From: Minisyncoccota bacterium
GTDB taxonomy: Bacteria; Patescibacteriota; Minisyncoccia; Phycocordibacterales; DATDWN01
Assembly: GCA_041674105.1 (NCBI GenBank)
Contig: JBAYWK010000001.1
Coordinates: 82,190-146,189 of the forward strand
DNA: 64,000 bases
Reading direction: 5' to 3'
Position 1 is the first letter of the stretch, and the number at the start of each line of letters is the position of its first letter. Under the pieces are notes generated by a model, which ran no database searches, was not told the origin of the DNA, and saw only the letters and a program-made list of their open reading frames with translations. A program made the translations under genes and the position numbers. Positions 19,461 to 28,685 of this stretch are shown here, piece by piece.

Positions 19461-20051
19461 ATGAAGAAATTTGAAGAAAAAAAATTTAATATAGGAGAAT
19501 TGAAAGGATTTTCAGTTAAATCCATTGAGGAACATTTGAAACTTTATGCCGGATATGTAAAACATTCAAACCTTATACTAGAAAAAATAGAAGAAATGAA
19601 AGAAGATTCTGAGAAAAACGCCTACGCTCTAGCCGAAGTAATGAGAAGATTTGGATTTGAATACAATGGAATGAGAAATCACGAAATTTATTTTGATTCT
19701 CTTTCTGGTGGAGCCTCTGCCATTTCAGACGGTGAATTGAAAAAACAAATAGAAAAAGATTTTGGTTCGTTTGATGGATGGCTTGCATCTTTAAAATCAA
19801 TCGCAGCGACTCGTGGTGTAGGATGGGCAATGCTTTACTTTGATAGAAAAGATAAAAGACTTCTAAATACTTGGGTGGACGAGCAACATATAGGACAGCT
19901 CCAAGACTGTACACTCATACTTGGACTTGATATGTGGGAACACTCTTTTGTTTATGACTATCAACCAAGCGGAAAGAAACAATACATTGAAGACTTCTTT
20001 GAAAACCTAAATTGGTCAAAAGTAGAAGAGAATTTCAAAAATGCGAAATAA
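19461..20051 (+). CDS. Fe/Mn superoxide dismutase
   Basis: EEHLKLYAGYV, RNHEIYF, DMWEHSF metal-ligand motifs. Confidence 0.95.
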   Translation: MKKFEEKKFNIGELKGFSVKSIEEHLKLYAGYVKHSNLILEKIEEMKEDSEKNAYALAEVMRRFGFEYNGMRNHEIYFDSLSGGASAISDGELKKQIEKDFGSFDGWLASLKSIAATRGVGWAMLYFDRKDKRLLNTWVDEQHIGQLQDCTLILGLDMWEHSFVYDYQPSGKKQYIEDFFENLNWSKVEENFKNAK

Positions 20052-20076
20052 AATTTAAAAAATAAATGACTAGCTC

Positions 20077-21546
20077 CTAAGTGGAGCTAGTTTTTTTAAT
20101 CCACCAGAAAATTATTCCGTAAATTAAAAATACTATAATCGGAGAAAATGATGGGATAGTGATGGAGCCAAAAGGAACTTTGTCTGCTACTTGCACAATA
20201 AATAATTGATACTTTAAAAGCAAAAAGGTTAAAACTCCCGGAATAAAAGCAATGTAGATTGATATAAATCCTAAGATACCAGTTATAAACCCTAAAAGCA
20301 TTGTTAGAGGAATAAAGGCTAGAATAAAAAGATTGGCCGGCAGAGAAACAAAAGAAAGTGTCCCTATGGAATACAGTATATATGGTAAGACAAAAATCTG
20401 AGCTGATACTGTAGAAGAAACTATTTCTCGCATTCCAAATCTCTCTGTCACAAATGAAAACTTTTTAGACAAAATGGGTGAAAGAAAAATAAGTCCTGAT
20501 GTGGCTAAGACAGAAAGCTTGAAGGACGGATCAAAAGCTAAAATGAGAGGGTTCCATAAAATCATAAAGACCACTGTGGCAAAAAGGACTTTGGCCGTGT
20601 TATGTTCTCTGTTTGTTTTTTCCAAAAATAATACTAAAAGAATCATTACTCCAGCCCTGACAGCCGAAGTTCCCGCCCCAGAAAGAATAATAAAAAGAAT
20701 TATCCCAAAAACTCCAGACAAAAGAGATATTTGTCTAGGTAAAAAATAAAGTGAAGACATTATACTTTTTGCCACTATGGCAATATTGTAACCAGATAAA
20801 ACAACTATATGAGAAACTCCAACTCTATTAAATTTATCAAGTAAATCTTTTCCTAGAGATCTTTTTGCACCAAGCAAAAGCCCACCCAAAAGAGAGCTCT
20901 CTGGTTCTGGTATAACTTTTTCTATTGAAGCGGTAAACAAAGATTTAATTTTAAAGAGATTTCTTTTTAGAAAATCACCGTTTTGACTTGAAATAAGTTT
21001 TGCTTGTGTAAACGGTGCTGTATACCATATACCTTTTGACCTGAGATAGCCTGGGTAATTAAAAATTCTTCCTTCGTTGCCTTCAAAACTTTCTACCTCT
21101 TCCAGATTTAAAGACAGAGATAATTTATCACCATATTTATACTCTGGATAAATAGAAACTACAGCTATTATTTTTTCATTTACTGTCGTGGTAGCTACCC
21201 CATCAAAAACTGAACTTAGTCTCACCGTAAGTCTGGTGCTATTCTCCCGAACATCTGGCTCGTCTGCTACAATACCTTCGGCTACTATTTTTCTATCTAA
21301 AAAAGAACTAAGCTCGGATTGTTTATAGACTCCAGAAAAGTAAATTCGGGTTAGGCCTAAAATAAATCCGGAAATAAATAAAATAAGACATATAAGAAAA
21401 ACTGAAATATCTTTTGGAGCAAAAATTCTGTAAACAAGAATTAAAAAAATTAAAACAAAAAGCGCAAGCATTGAGCTTGCACCTATCCATATATAGGAAC
21501 CAAAGGAGACCCCTAAAATAAATCCTATTGTTATTGAAAAAATCAT
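20077..21546 (-). CDS. comEC: ComEC/Rec2 competence channel (DUF4131 + Competence domain)
   Basis: GVSHIVVLSGYNI, SAVRAGVM, DPSFKLSVLAT. Confidence 0.93.
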   Translation of the reverse strand: MIFSITIGFILGVSFGSYIWIGASSMLALFVLIFLILVYRIFAPKDISVFLICLILFISGFILGLTRIYFSGVYKQSELSSFLDRKIVAEGIVADEPDVRENSTRLTVRLSSVFDGVATTTVNEKIIAVVSIYPEYKYGDKLSLSLNLEEVESFEGNEGRIFNYPGYLRSKGIWYTAPFTQAKLISSQNGDFLKRNLFKIKSLFTASIEKVIPEPESSLLGGLLLGAKRSLGKDLLDKFNRVGVSHIVVLSGYNIAIVAKSIMSSLYFLPRQISLLSGVFGIILFIILSGAGTSAVRAGVMILLVLFLEKTNREHNTAKVLFATVVFMILWNPLILAFDPSFKLSVLATSGLIFLSPILSKKFSFVTERFGMREIVSSTVSAQIFVLPYILYSIGTLSFVSLPANLFILAFIPLTMLLGFITGILGFISIYIAFIPGVLTFLLLKYQLFIVQVADKVPFGSITIPSFSPIIVFLIYGIIFWWIKKTSST

Positions 21547-22229
21547 AAACTCAATTCACTAAATTCTTTTATTATATTCTCCTCATCTTCTGGCGAAGAA
21601 GTTTTTTTAAATTTTGCTTTTGATTTTCCAGAAACCCTTCTTTTACACTCATCCCAAGTTTTGTGAATCTGAATATTTCCATCCAGCATACTGACATAAG
21701 AATAGGCTTTGGATTTACTTTTTTTCTTTATTCCTTCTTTTTTTATATCAATGGTCAAATTTATTCCATATCTTTCACGCGATCCTTTATACAAAACGGC
21801 CGGACTACCGTCAGCAAAAGAAGTTGCGATAACATCACACCTTTCATTTGGAGCTATACCTGAGTGTCCTTTTAAAAGTTGCCAATCTATAATTCTTTTA
21901 TTTATCAAGACAAGCATTTTTTCCCATAAATCACGATTTAAAACATCTTCTTTTTGAGAAGTCTTCCAATCATTTCTCTGCCAACCGTAAACCCACCTTG
22001 TACTCCCCGAAAGGACATACAGAGAATCTGTATATATAGTCATCTCTCTTTCTCTCCGTGATAGAGAGCTCAGAGCTTCTATAACGGCAGTAAGTTCCAT
22101 ACGGTTATTTGTGGTGTTATCTTCTCTACCACCGAGTTCGGTAACCATATCATCTGTGGCTACTATACTACCCCATCCACCTCTACCCGGATTTCCTCTA
22201 GAAGATCCATCTGTAAATATTGTAATCAT
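21543..22229 (-). CDS. rnhA: Ribonuclease HI with C-terminal hybrid-binding (viroplasmin-like) domain
   Basis: FTDGSSRGNPG, TTNNRMEL, KGHSG..NERCD; C-terminal HKTWDECKRRVSG..AKFKK. Confidence 0.94.
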   Translation of the reverse strand: MITIFTDGSSRGNPGRGGWGSIVATDDMVTELGGREDNTTNNRMELTAVIEALSSLSRREREMTIYTDSLYVLSGSTRWVYGWQRNDWKTSQKEDVLNRDLWEKMLVLINKRIIDWQLLKGHSGIAPNERCDVIATSFADGSPAVLYKGSRERYGINLTIDIKKEGIKKKSKSKAYSYVSMLDGNIQIHKTWDECKRRVSGKSKAKFKKTSSPEDEENIIKEFSELSL

Positions 22230-22246
22230 AAAATTATTATAACAAA

Positions 22247-23959
22247 TTAATATATGTCTACGATGCGAAGTCTTAATTCTGGAAAATTTCTAAAAACAGA
22301 TTTCTCCAAAGTAGCCACTAAGTTTATTTTTAAACCTTTCTCTAATTTTTTTTCAAAACTATCTGGACCTTGAAAAAAAGCTATGGCTATGACATCTTTA
22401 TTGTCTGATTTTTTAAATTTAATTTCTAAATGATTTTTTTCTTTACCAAATTGTTTCACATCAAATATTTCTATGTTTTCCAAAAGAAACTGTGGCTTAG
22501 GATTTTCAAAACCAAAAGGAGAAAATTTTTCTATGTTTTTGTATGTTTTCCAATTTATATCTTCCAAAAATATTTTTCTATCAATTGAAATTTCTTCTTC
22601 ATCATTATTTTCCTCTAGAAGGACAAAAGCTTCATTTAGTCTATCTTCTAGTGTATGAATCTTTTCGACATTAACCGAGAAACCCCCAGCTCCCTTGTGA
22701 CCGCCAAAGTCTATAAAAACATCTTTTACCTTTTCCATAAGAGAAACAATATTTATTTTTCCTCCTGAGCGACAAGATCCTTTTATAATAGAATCTCCAT
22801 TTACCCCTTCTCTACCCCAAATAAAGACTGGTCTTCCATGCTCATCTGAGAAACTGTTTGCAACAAGACCCAAAAGAGATGGTTTCCATTCTGGATTTCC
22901 CAAAACTAAAACATGTTTCATATCCTCATTTCTATTTTCTATTTTTTTCTTTATCTCTTTTATCATTGATGCCACAAGTCCTTTTCTTTCATTATTTTTT
23001 TCATCCAAATGTTTTGCATATACACCAGCCTCCACTTCATCTGTGGTAGATAAAAGCTTGAAAGCATCCGAAGGTATACCCATGCGGCTTGCTGCATTTA
23101 TTCTAGGGGTCACCATAAAAGCAATATCATCTTCTGTAATGGTTGTTTGATTTATTTTTACAAGAGAAAGTAATTTTAAAAGTCCCGGTCTTTTAGATTT
23201 TCTAAAAACCTTTAATCCATAAAAAGCCAACACTCTATTTTCCCCCAAAAGAGGAACCATGTCAGACAGGGTCGCTAGTCCAACCATATCCAAAAACCAT
23301 TTTTCATAACCTTCTGGAAAATCTATTTTTGGATGTTTTGCTAAAGCCTGAACAACTTTGAAAATAACCCCTGACCCACACAACATTTTTTCTGGATAAA
23401 GACAGCCTTTTTGTTTTGGATTTATGATAGCAAAAGCTTTAGGAATTTTTTCTCCCGGTAAATGATGATCTGTAATAATAACATCTATTCCAATACTTTC
23501 TGCATGGTCTATTTCTTTGTCATCTGTTATTCCGCAATCTATAGTTACCAAAAGTTTCACATTTTTAGAAACCAAATAATCTAGGGCTTCGTTGTTTAAA
23601 CCAAACCCCTCTTCATTGCGAAGAGGAATATAAGAAATTATATTTGGATAATTTATTTTTTTAAAAAAATCACTGAACACAACAGAACCTGGAATTCCAT
23701 CTGCATCATAATCTCCATAAATAGCAATTGTTTCATTTTTTTCTATAGCATCAACAATCCTACCCACAGCCTTCTCCATATCTTTCAAAAGAAAAGGGTT
23801 ATGAATATCTTCTTCATAATTTGGATTTAAAAATTTTTCTGCGGTCTCAAAATCTTTAATGCCTCTAGAATATAATAGCTCTTGAACTAAGGGTTCATAC
23901 GCCTTCAGATTTTCAGCAACTTTTTTTGGGACAGCTTTCCGAATAGCATATTTTTTCAT
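22247..23959 (-). CDS. recJ: Single-stranded DNA exonuclease RecJ
   Basis: YGDYDADG, TIDCG, TDHH, PRINAASR, GGHKGAGG. Confidence 0.97.
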   Translation of the reverse strand: MKKYAIRKAVPKKVAENLKAYEPLVQELLYSRGIKDFETAEKFLNPNYEEDIHNPFLLKDMEKAVGRIVDAIEKNETIAIYGDYDADGIPGSVVFSDFFKKINYPNIISYIPLRNEEGFGLNNEALDYLVSKNVKLLVTIDCGITDDKEIDHAESIGIDVIITDHHLPGEKIPKAFAIINPKQKGCLYPEKMLCGSGVIFKVVQALAKHPKIDFPEGYEKWFLDMVGLATLSDMVPLLGENRVLAFYGLKVFRKSKRPGLLKLLSLVKINQTTITEDDIAFMVTPRINAASRMGIPSDAFKLLSTTDEVEAGVYAKHLDEKNNERKGLVASMIKEIKKKIENRNEDMKHVLVLGNPEWKPSLLGLVANSFSDEHGRPVFIWGREGVNGDSIIKGSCRSGGKINIVSLMEKVKDVFIDFGGHKGAGGFSVNVEKIHTLEDRLNEAFVLLEENNDEEEISIDRKIFLEDINWKTYKNIEKFSPFGFENPKPQFLLENIEIFDVKQFGKEKNHLEIKFKKSDNKDVIAIAFFQGPDSFEKKLEKGLKINLVATLEKSVFRNFPELRLRIVDIY

Positions 23960-24004
23960 AAGGTCTATTTTAGCACAAATCTAATATGTTATAATTTAAT
24001 AATT

Positions 24005-24364
24005 ATGAAAGATTGTATATTTTGCAAAATTGTTTCAGGAGAAATTCCATCTTATAAAGTTTATGAGGATGAAAATTTTTTGGCCTTTTTAGATATTCAC
24101 CCTCAATCCCCCAGTCATGTTCAGGTCATACCAAAAGAACACTATAGGTGGGTTTGGGATGTGCCAAATGCTGGAGAATATTTTGAGGTTGTAAAAAAAA
24201 TAGCAAAGGCACAAATGAAAGCTTTTCAAACAGATTGGATACTTTCAAAAATAGTTGGTGATGAAGTGGAGCATGCCCATATCTGGGTTTTTCCAAACTC
24301 AGAAGTTTCTGGAGACAAAATGAACTTTGAAGAAAACAAAAATAAAATTATTGAGAGTTTGTAG
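24005..24364 (+). CDS. HIT family protein (variant triad HAHIW)
   Basis: DCIFCKIV, AFLDIHP, HVQVIPK. Confidence 0.9.
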   Translation: MKDCIFCKIVSGEIPSYKVYEDENFLAFLDIHPQSPSHVQVIPKEHYRWVWDVPNAGEYFEVVKKIAKAQMKAFQTDWILSKIVGDEVEHAHIWVFPNSEVSGDKMNFEENKNKIIESL

Positions 24365-24499
24365 TTATATAAAAACTTCATTGAGTCATTACAATTTTGG
24401 AGACTTCGGAGCGCGACGGCGCGAGATTGAGCCAAAGTCTAGCAAGACTTATGGCGTGCTCCAAAATTGTGATGAGGAGAAAGAAGTTTTTATGACTAC
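24361..24499 (+). repeat. Palindromic intergenic repeat family C, copy 2
   Basis: GTAGTTAT...ATGACTAC nested stems; core matches 17815-17890 in reverse complement. Confidence 0.85.
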
Positions 24500-25620
24500 C
24501 TCTCCAACGCTTCCATACCCGGTAAAGTTTCATTGACTAGAAAATCAAGCATAGCTCCACCTCCGGTTGAAACAAAAGTAAATTTATCTGAAAGTTCCAA
24601 TTTATTTATAGAAGCAACAGTATCTCCTCCGCCCACTATTGTCTCCCCAGAACAATTTGAAATTATTTCTGCAAACTGTTCTGTTTTATCTGAAAAACCT
24701 ATCTCATAATTTCCAACTGGACCATTCCAAATGATAGTTTGTGCTGTAGCAATGATGTTTTTTAATTGCTCCAATGTCTCTATACCAGCATCCACTATAG
24801 TTTCATTTTTTTCTACTTCGTTTGATTTTTTAAAAGAAACTTCACCTTTTTCATTTGTAACAGTGACATCTACAGGAACAACTAGTTTCTTATTTTGTAA
24901 TTTTTCTTTTATACCAAACTCTCCTTCTGATACAAGTGATTTACCTATTTCAAAGCCCATCTCTTTATATATATTGTGAGCCAAAGCTCCACATACAAAA
25001 ACTGTATCTGCTTTTTCTAAATATTTTTCTATCAAAGGTATCTTTGTATCAAATTTTGCTCCACCTAAAATAAATACAAAGGGTTTCTTCGGATTAAATG
25101 CTTTGGATAAGTTTTCTATTTCTTGTTTTAAAAGAATTCCGCCAAAATGTGGCAAAAATTCCGGAACAGAAACAATAGATGCATGCTTTCTGTGACTGAC
25201 AGCAAAAGCATCATTTACATAAATGTCAGCCATTTGAGCAAGTTTTTTAGCAAAATCTTTATCATTTTCTTTTTCGCCAGGATTTATCCTAAGATTCTCA
25301 AAAAGAAGAACTCCACCATTTTCCATTTTTGTGATCTTTGCTATAGCTTCTGGAGTAAAATAACTTTCTGAAAAATCCAAAGGTAAAAACCCATTCAAAT
25401 ATTTCCACATCGGTAAAAGTGTTTTTGAATCTTTGCCTTCACAATGAGAAATTATTATAGTTTTTGCTTTTCTAGCTCTCAAAAAATCCAGTGTTTCTAT
25501 AACTCTTTCTAGTCTATAAGTATCTTTAACCTGCCCTTCTATAACAGGAACATTCAGATCAAGTCTTAATAAAATTATCTTTCCCTCTAAATCTTTTTCG
25601 TCTACTATGTATTTAATCAT
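24496..25620 (-). CDS. pgk: Phosphoglycerate kinase
   Basis: RLDLNVP, NDAFAVSHR, GGAK, STGGGA. Confidence 0.97.
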   Translation of the reverse strand: MIKYIVDEKDLEGKIILLRLDLNVPVIEGQVKDTYRLERVIETLDFLRARKAKTIIISHCEGKDSKTLLPMWKYLNGFLPLDFSESYFTPEAIAKITKMENGGVLLFENLRINPGEKENDKDFAKKLAQMADIYVNDAFAVSHRKHASIVSVPEFLPHFGGILLKQEIENLSKAFNPKKPFVFILGGAKFDTKIPLIEKYLEKADTVFVCGALAHNIYKEMGFEIGKSLVSEGEFGIKEKLQNKKLVVPVDVTVTNEKGEVSFKKSNEVEKNETIVDAGIETLEQLKNIIATAQTIIWNGPVGNYEIGFSDKTEQFAEIISNCSGETIVGGGDTVASINKLELSDKFTFVSTGGGAMLDFLVNETLPGMEALER

Positions 25621-25623
25621 AGG

Positions 25624-26394
25624 CTATATAGTTTCTATATCTTTTATAAGTTCTACAAAATTTTTATAATTCAAACTTTCTCTACCTATTAAAAGTCCAT
25701 GAACAAAACCATCCACTATAATAGATTTTGCATTTTCTAATGTGACAGACCCACCATAAAGAATCTTTATATCATCACCAAGTATTCCATATATTTCTCT
25801 TAATATTTTTCTTATAAAAATAGACATCTCGTGTATATCTTGAGAACTCATAGCTTCTTTACCTCCAATAGCCCAAACAGGCTCATAAGCAATAATTATA
25901 TTGTCTATATTTTTCTTTGAAACATCTTTCAAAGATAGAGTTATTTGTTTTTTTATAAAAGAAAGATATTCACCTTGAGCATCTCTAGAATTTTCACCTA
26001 TACATATTATTACTTTAAGTCCGGAATTTATTGAGCTTATAACTTTTTTATTGACCATTTCATCCGTATCTCCCAGTTTCCTTTTCTCTGAATGTCCTAA
26101 AATCGTATAACTTACACCAAACTGCTTCACCTGAATTGGACTTATTTGTCCTGTAAAAGAACCTACTGATTCATAAAAAATATCTTGAGCTCCAAGACTT
26201 ATTTGTTTATTAGATATATTTTTTAATGCATCTAGATAAACAAAAGGAGGGCAGATAACAACTTCTGTTCTTTTTACTCTTAAAACACCTCTTTTAACAG
26301 AACTTGCAATCTTTTTAGCCTCAGAAACTGTTACTGGATTCATTTTCCAGTTGCCCACAATCAGATTTTTTATCCTTTTTTTCATATTTATCAA
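25624..26394 (-). CDS. tpiA: Triosephosphate isomerase
   Basis: VGNWKMN, GHSEKR, AYEPVWAIG, LYGGSV. Confidence 0.97.
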   Translation of the reverse strand: MINMKKRIKNLIVGNWKMNPVTVSEAKKIASSVKRGVLRVKRTEVVICPPFVYLDALKNISNKQISLGAQDIFYESVGSFTGQISPIQVKQFGVSYTILGHSEKRKLGDTDEMVNKKVISSINSGLKVIICIGENSRDAQGEYLSFIKKQITLSLKDVSKKNIDNIIIAYEPVWAIGGKEAMSSQDIHEMSIFIRKILREIYGILGDDIKILYGGSVTLENAKSIIVDGFVHGLLIGRESLNYKNFVELIKDIETI

Positions 26395-26456
26395 TTATAC
26401 CAGACAATTGGCCAAATCAACTTACTCAACAAAACCTATATCTCGGTATATTTTAA

Positions 26457-26580
26457 TAAAAACCTTCAGATTTGTATGAAATCCGACGTGAGAGTTTTAT
26501 AATTTGAAGAGCTTTATTTAAATAAAGTGATGAAAATTCTAAAACTTGGAGCGAGGAGTTCGCCAAATCTGAAGGTTTTT
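26457..26580. repeat. Palindromic element related to family B
   Basis: AAAAACCTTCAGATTTG/CAAATCTGAAGGTTTTT inverted repeat; shares TTTG.ATGAA.TCC...GGA.TTCGCCAAA frame with family B. Confidence 0.7.
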
Positions 26581-26582
26581 GC

Positions 26583-28043
26583 CTACCGAACCTCTTCCCA
26601 AGATATAATCTCATACTGATCCGAGGTTAAAGGAAAACTTGGAGGAGGACCGTACAAGAGGTTTGCGTCATATATAATCTCCCTTATGTCATAACCTGTA
26701 CCATCTGTATAAGAAAAACCATACCTTCCGTTACTTGCTATCATCCCATATAAAGTTATTGAATTTCTTGTATAACCAGTACCACAAGCTGAATTATAAT
26801 AATGCCTACCGACCCTGCCATTTTGAGCAACTAAAGCGGCGTCAATCCTTAAATCTGTATCGCTTTTTAATCCAACATTTATATTTCCTTGAGATATAAG
26901 AGATAGAACATCTCTGCCGTCATAATATGTATAAAGTAAATCATCATTTACAATAATAGCCGGTCTATTGTTTACATTATCTGGGAACCTTCCCGCTGCT
27001 ATTGTTAACCTCTTATTTTGTATTATACCATCTACCCATAAATCATCTTCAACAAAAACCACCCCATTTGCAGGCATAGAATAATTGGCTACAAAAGTCT
27101 GCCCATTGCTTCTTATACTCCAAATGCCCCAATCATCTTGACTATAACTACAGGATCCTGAAACATTTTCTAATCTTGTCACCTTATATACATCAAAAGT
27201 TCCATTTGTTTTTAAAACTATATGGTAACCAAGTGACCCTGAACTAGATATATACTTGCCATTCGACTGAGCTTTAGTTTTCATTTGAGAAATGTCCGTC
27301 GTAAGACCAACAAAATCTACAGCAGGTACAGGAAAAATCCTGCCGGCCACAAATATACCGGATCTACTTGGAACAGAATTTGGAGGAGCTTCAGCCGAGC
27401 GGAAATTATCATTTGTCCCTGTTTGAGGGGGAGGATTGATGTGGGTATGAACAGCAAACTCCTCTCCTCCAGTATGGTCAGGATCATCTGCAGTTGTCTT
27501 GCTACTAGATACAACATTGTAAGCTATCCCATCAAAACGAATACCTCCATTTGAGTGAATAGGTCCATAGACTTCGGTACCTTCTCCAAAACGCATGTAA
27601 TCATTAGCAACTACGGCATATTTTGCTAAAGATGGTATAGCCATCCTAACAACAATAGAGCGGTGTACAGAAGGATCCGAATCAACTTTACCCGTAGATT
27701 TTATAGTTACTATAGTAAAACCTTCTGGCGGAGGGGTTACTTCTAAAGTAAAAGTCCCTATCTTTGTACCATTTTTATCAAAAAAATCGTGAATATAAGG
27801 ACCAGGAAGTCCTGTTCCGTCTTTATAATCACTAGGAGAATGAGCCAAGTGCCATCTATAATAATCAATACCAGCTTCGGCTATTTGGAGAGCTTGCTCC
27901 CTTTTAGATGAAAGTCTGGAAGCTTTTATATTTACAGAAGCCCAACTTATGAGAGCTCCTATCATTATTATGGATATTGTTCCAAAAATAAGAGCTTGAA
28001 TTAAGAAACTTCCCTTATTTTTTTTAAAAGAATTGCTTTTCAT
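26583..28043 (-). CDS. PilX-like minor pilin / pilus-tip protein
   Basis: KG-SFLIQAL prepilin-like N-terminus; QALQIAEAGIDY; ends SWEEVR. Confidence 0.75.
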   Translation of the reverse strand: MKSNSFKKNKGSFLIQALIFGTISIIMIGALISWASVNIKASRLSSKREQALQIAEAGIDYYRWHLAHSPSDYKDGTGLPGPYIHDFFDKNGTKIGTFTLEVTPPPEGFTIVTIKSTGKVDSDPSVHRSIVVRMAIPSLAKYAVVANDYMRFGEGTEVYGPIHSNGGIRFDGIAYNVVSSSKTTADDPDHTGGEEFAVHTHINPPPQTGTNDNFRSAEAPPNSVPSRSGIFVAGRIFPVPAVDFVGLTTDISQMKTKAQSNGKYISSSGSLGYHIVLKTNGTFDVYKVTRLENVSGSCSYSQDDWGIWSIRSNGQTFVANYSMPANGVVFVEDDLWVDGIIQNKRLTIAAGRFPDNVNNRPAIIVNDDLLYTYYDGRDVLSLISQGNINVGLKSDTDLRIDAALVAQNGRVGRHYYNSACGTGYTRNSITLYGMIASNGRYGFSYTDGTGYDIREIIYDANLLYGPPPSFPLTSDQYEIISWEEVR

Positions 28044-28048
28044 TTTAT

Positions 28049-28681
28049 TTATAAATTGTTTTTAAGATTTCTTAAATTCACTTGAGAAGTTCCTATCATT
28101 TCTCCGGGAGGCATATTTGGATCTTTATCTATTATAACAGTAACTTTGACCAATCTTATGTCTGTAATAGGAACAGGTTGCGACAGTGGGACCGAATTTC
28201 CATTGTAAAACTCTGAATAATACTGAAATATGGGTAAGGTAGAACTAGAAACTATATCTGACACTAGTGTGGATACCTTTTCATTTGAAACTGAGTAAAC
28301 CAAAGGGTTACCCGAAGGAGTTATCACTCCTTTTTTTAATTTTCCATTACTCAAAAAATATCTGACTCTCTCTTTCAGTCCTGTACCATAGAGGTCGCTA
28401 TAAAAAATAATTTCTGATGTGCCTGCGACTCCTATCGGATAACCGCCAACACTTGAGGTCTCTGCTTTTCTAAGTTCAGAAACCATAATTTTTGTAACAT
28501 GCCTTAAATCTAATTGGGCAGATAAGTTATTATGCAAATTAGTGTTTAATCTAAAGATATCTCTCTGAAAAGTGGTTACTGTAACAGTCAGAATACTTAT
28601 AATAAAAATACTTATCAAAAGCTCTATTAGAGTAAACCCTTTATTTATTTGTTTATTATTTTTTATAAAATTTATAAACAT
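28049..28681 (-). CDS. Type IV minor pilin (PilW-like)
   Basis: KGFTLIELL class III signal; C-terminal VNLRN. Confidence 0.88.
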   Translation of the reverse strand: MFINFIKNNKQINKGFTLIELLISIFIISILTVTVTTFQRDIFRLNTNLHNNLSAQLDLRHVTKIMVSELRKAETSSVGGYPIGVAGTSEIIFYSDLYGTGLKERVRYFLSNGKLKKGVITPSGNPLVYSVSNEKVSTLVSDIVSSSTLPIFQYYSEFYNGNSVPLSQPVPITDIRLVKVTVIIDKDPNMPPGEMIGTSQVNLRNLKNNL

Positions 28682-28685
28682 TATT

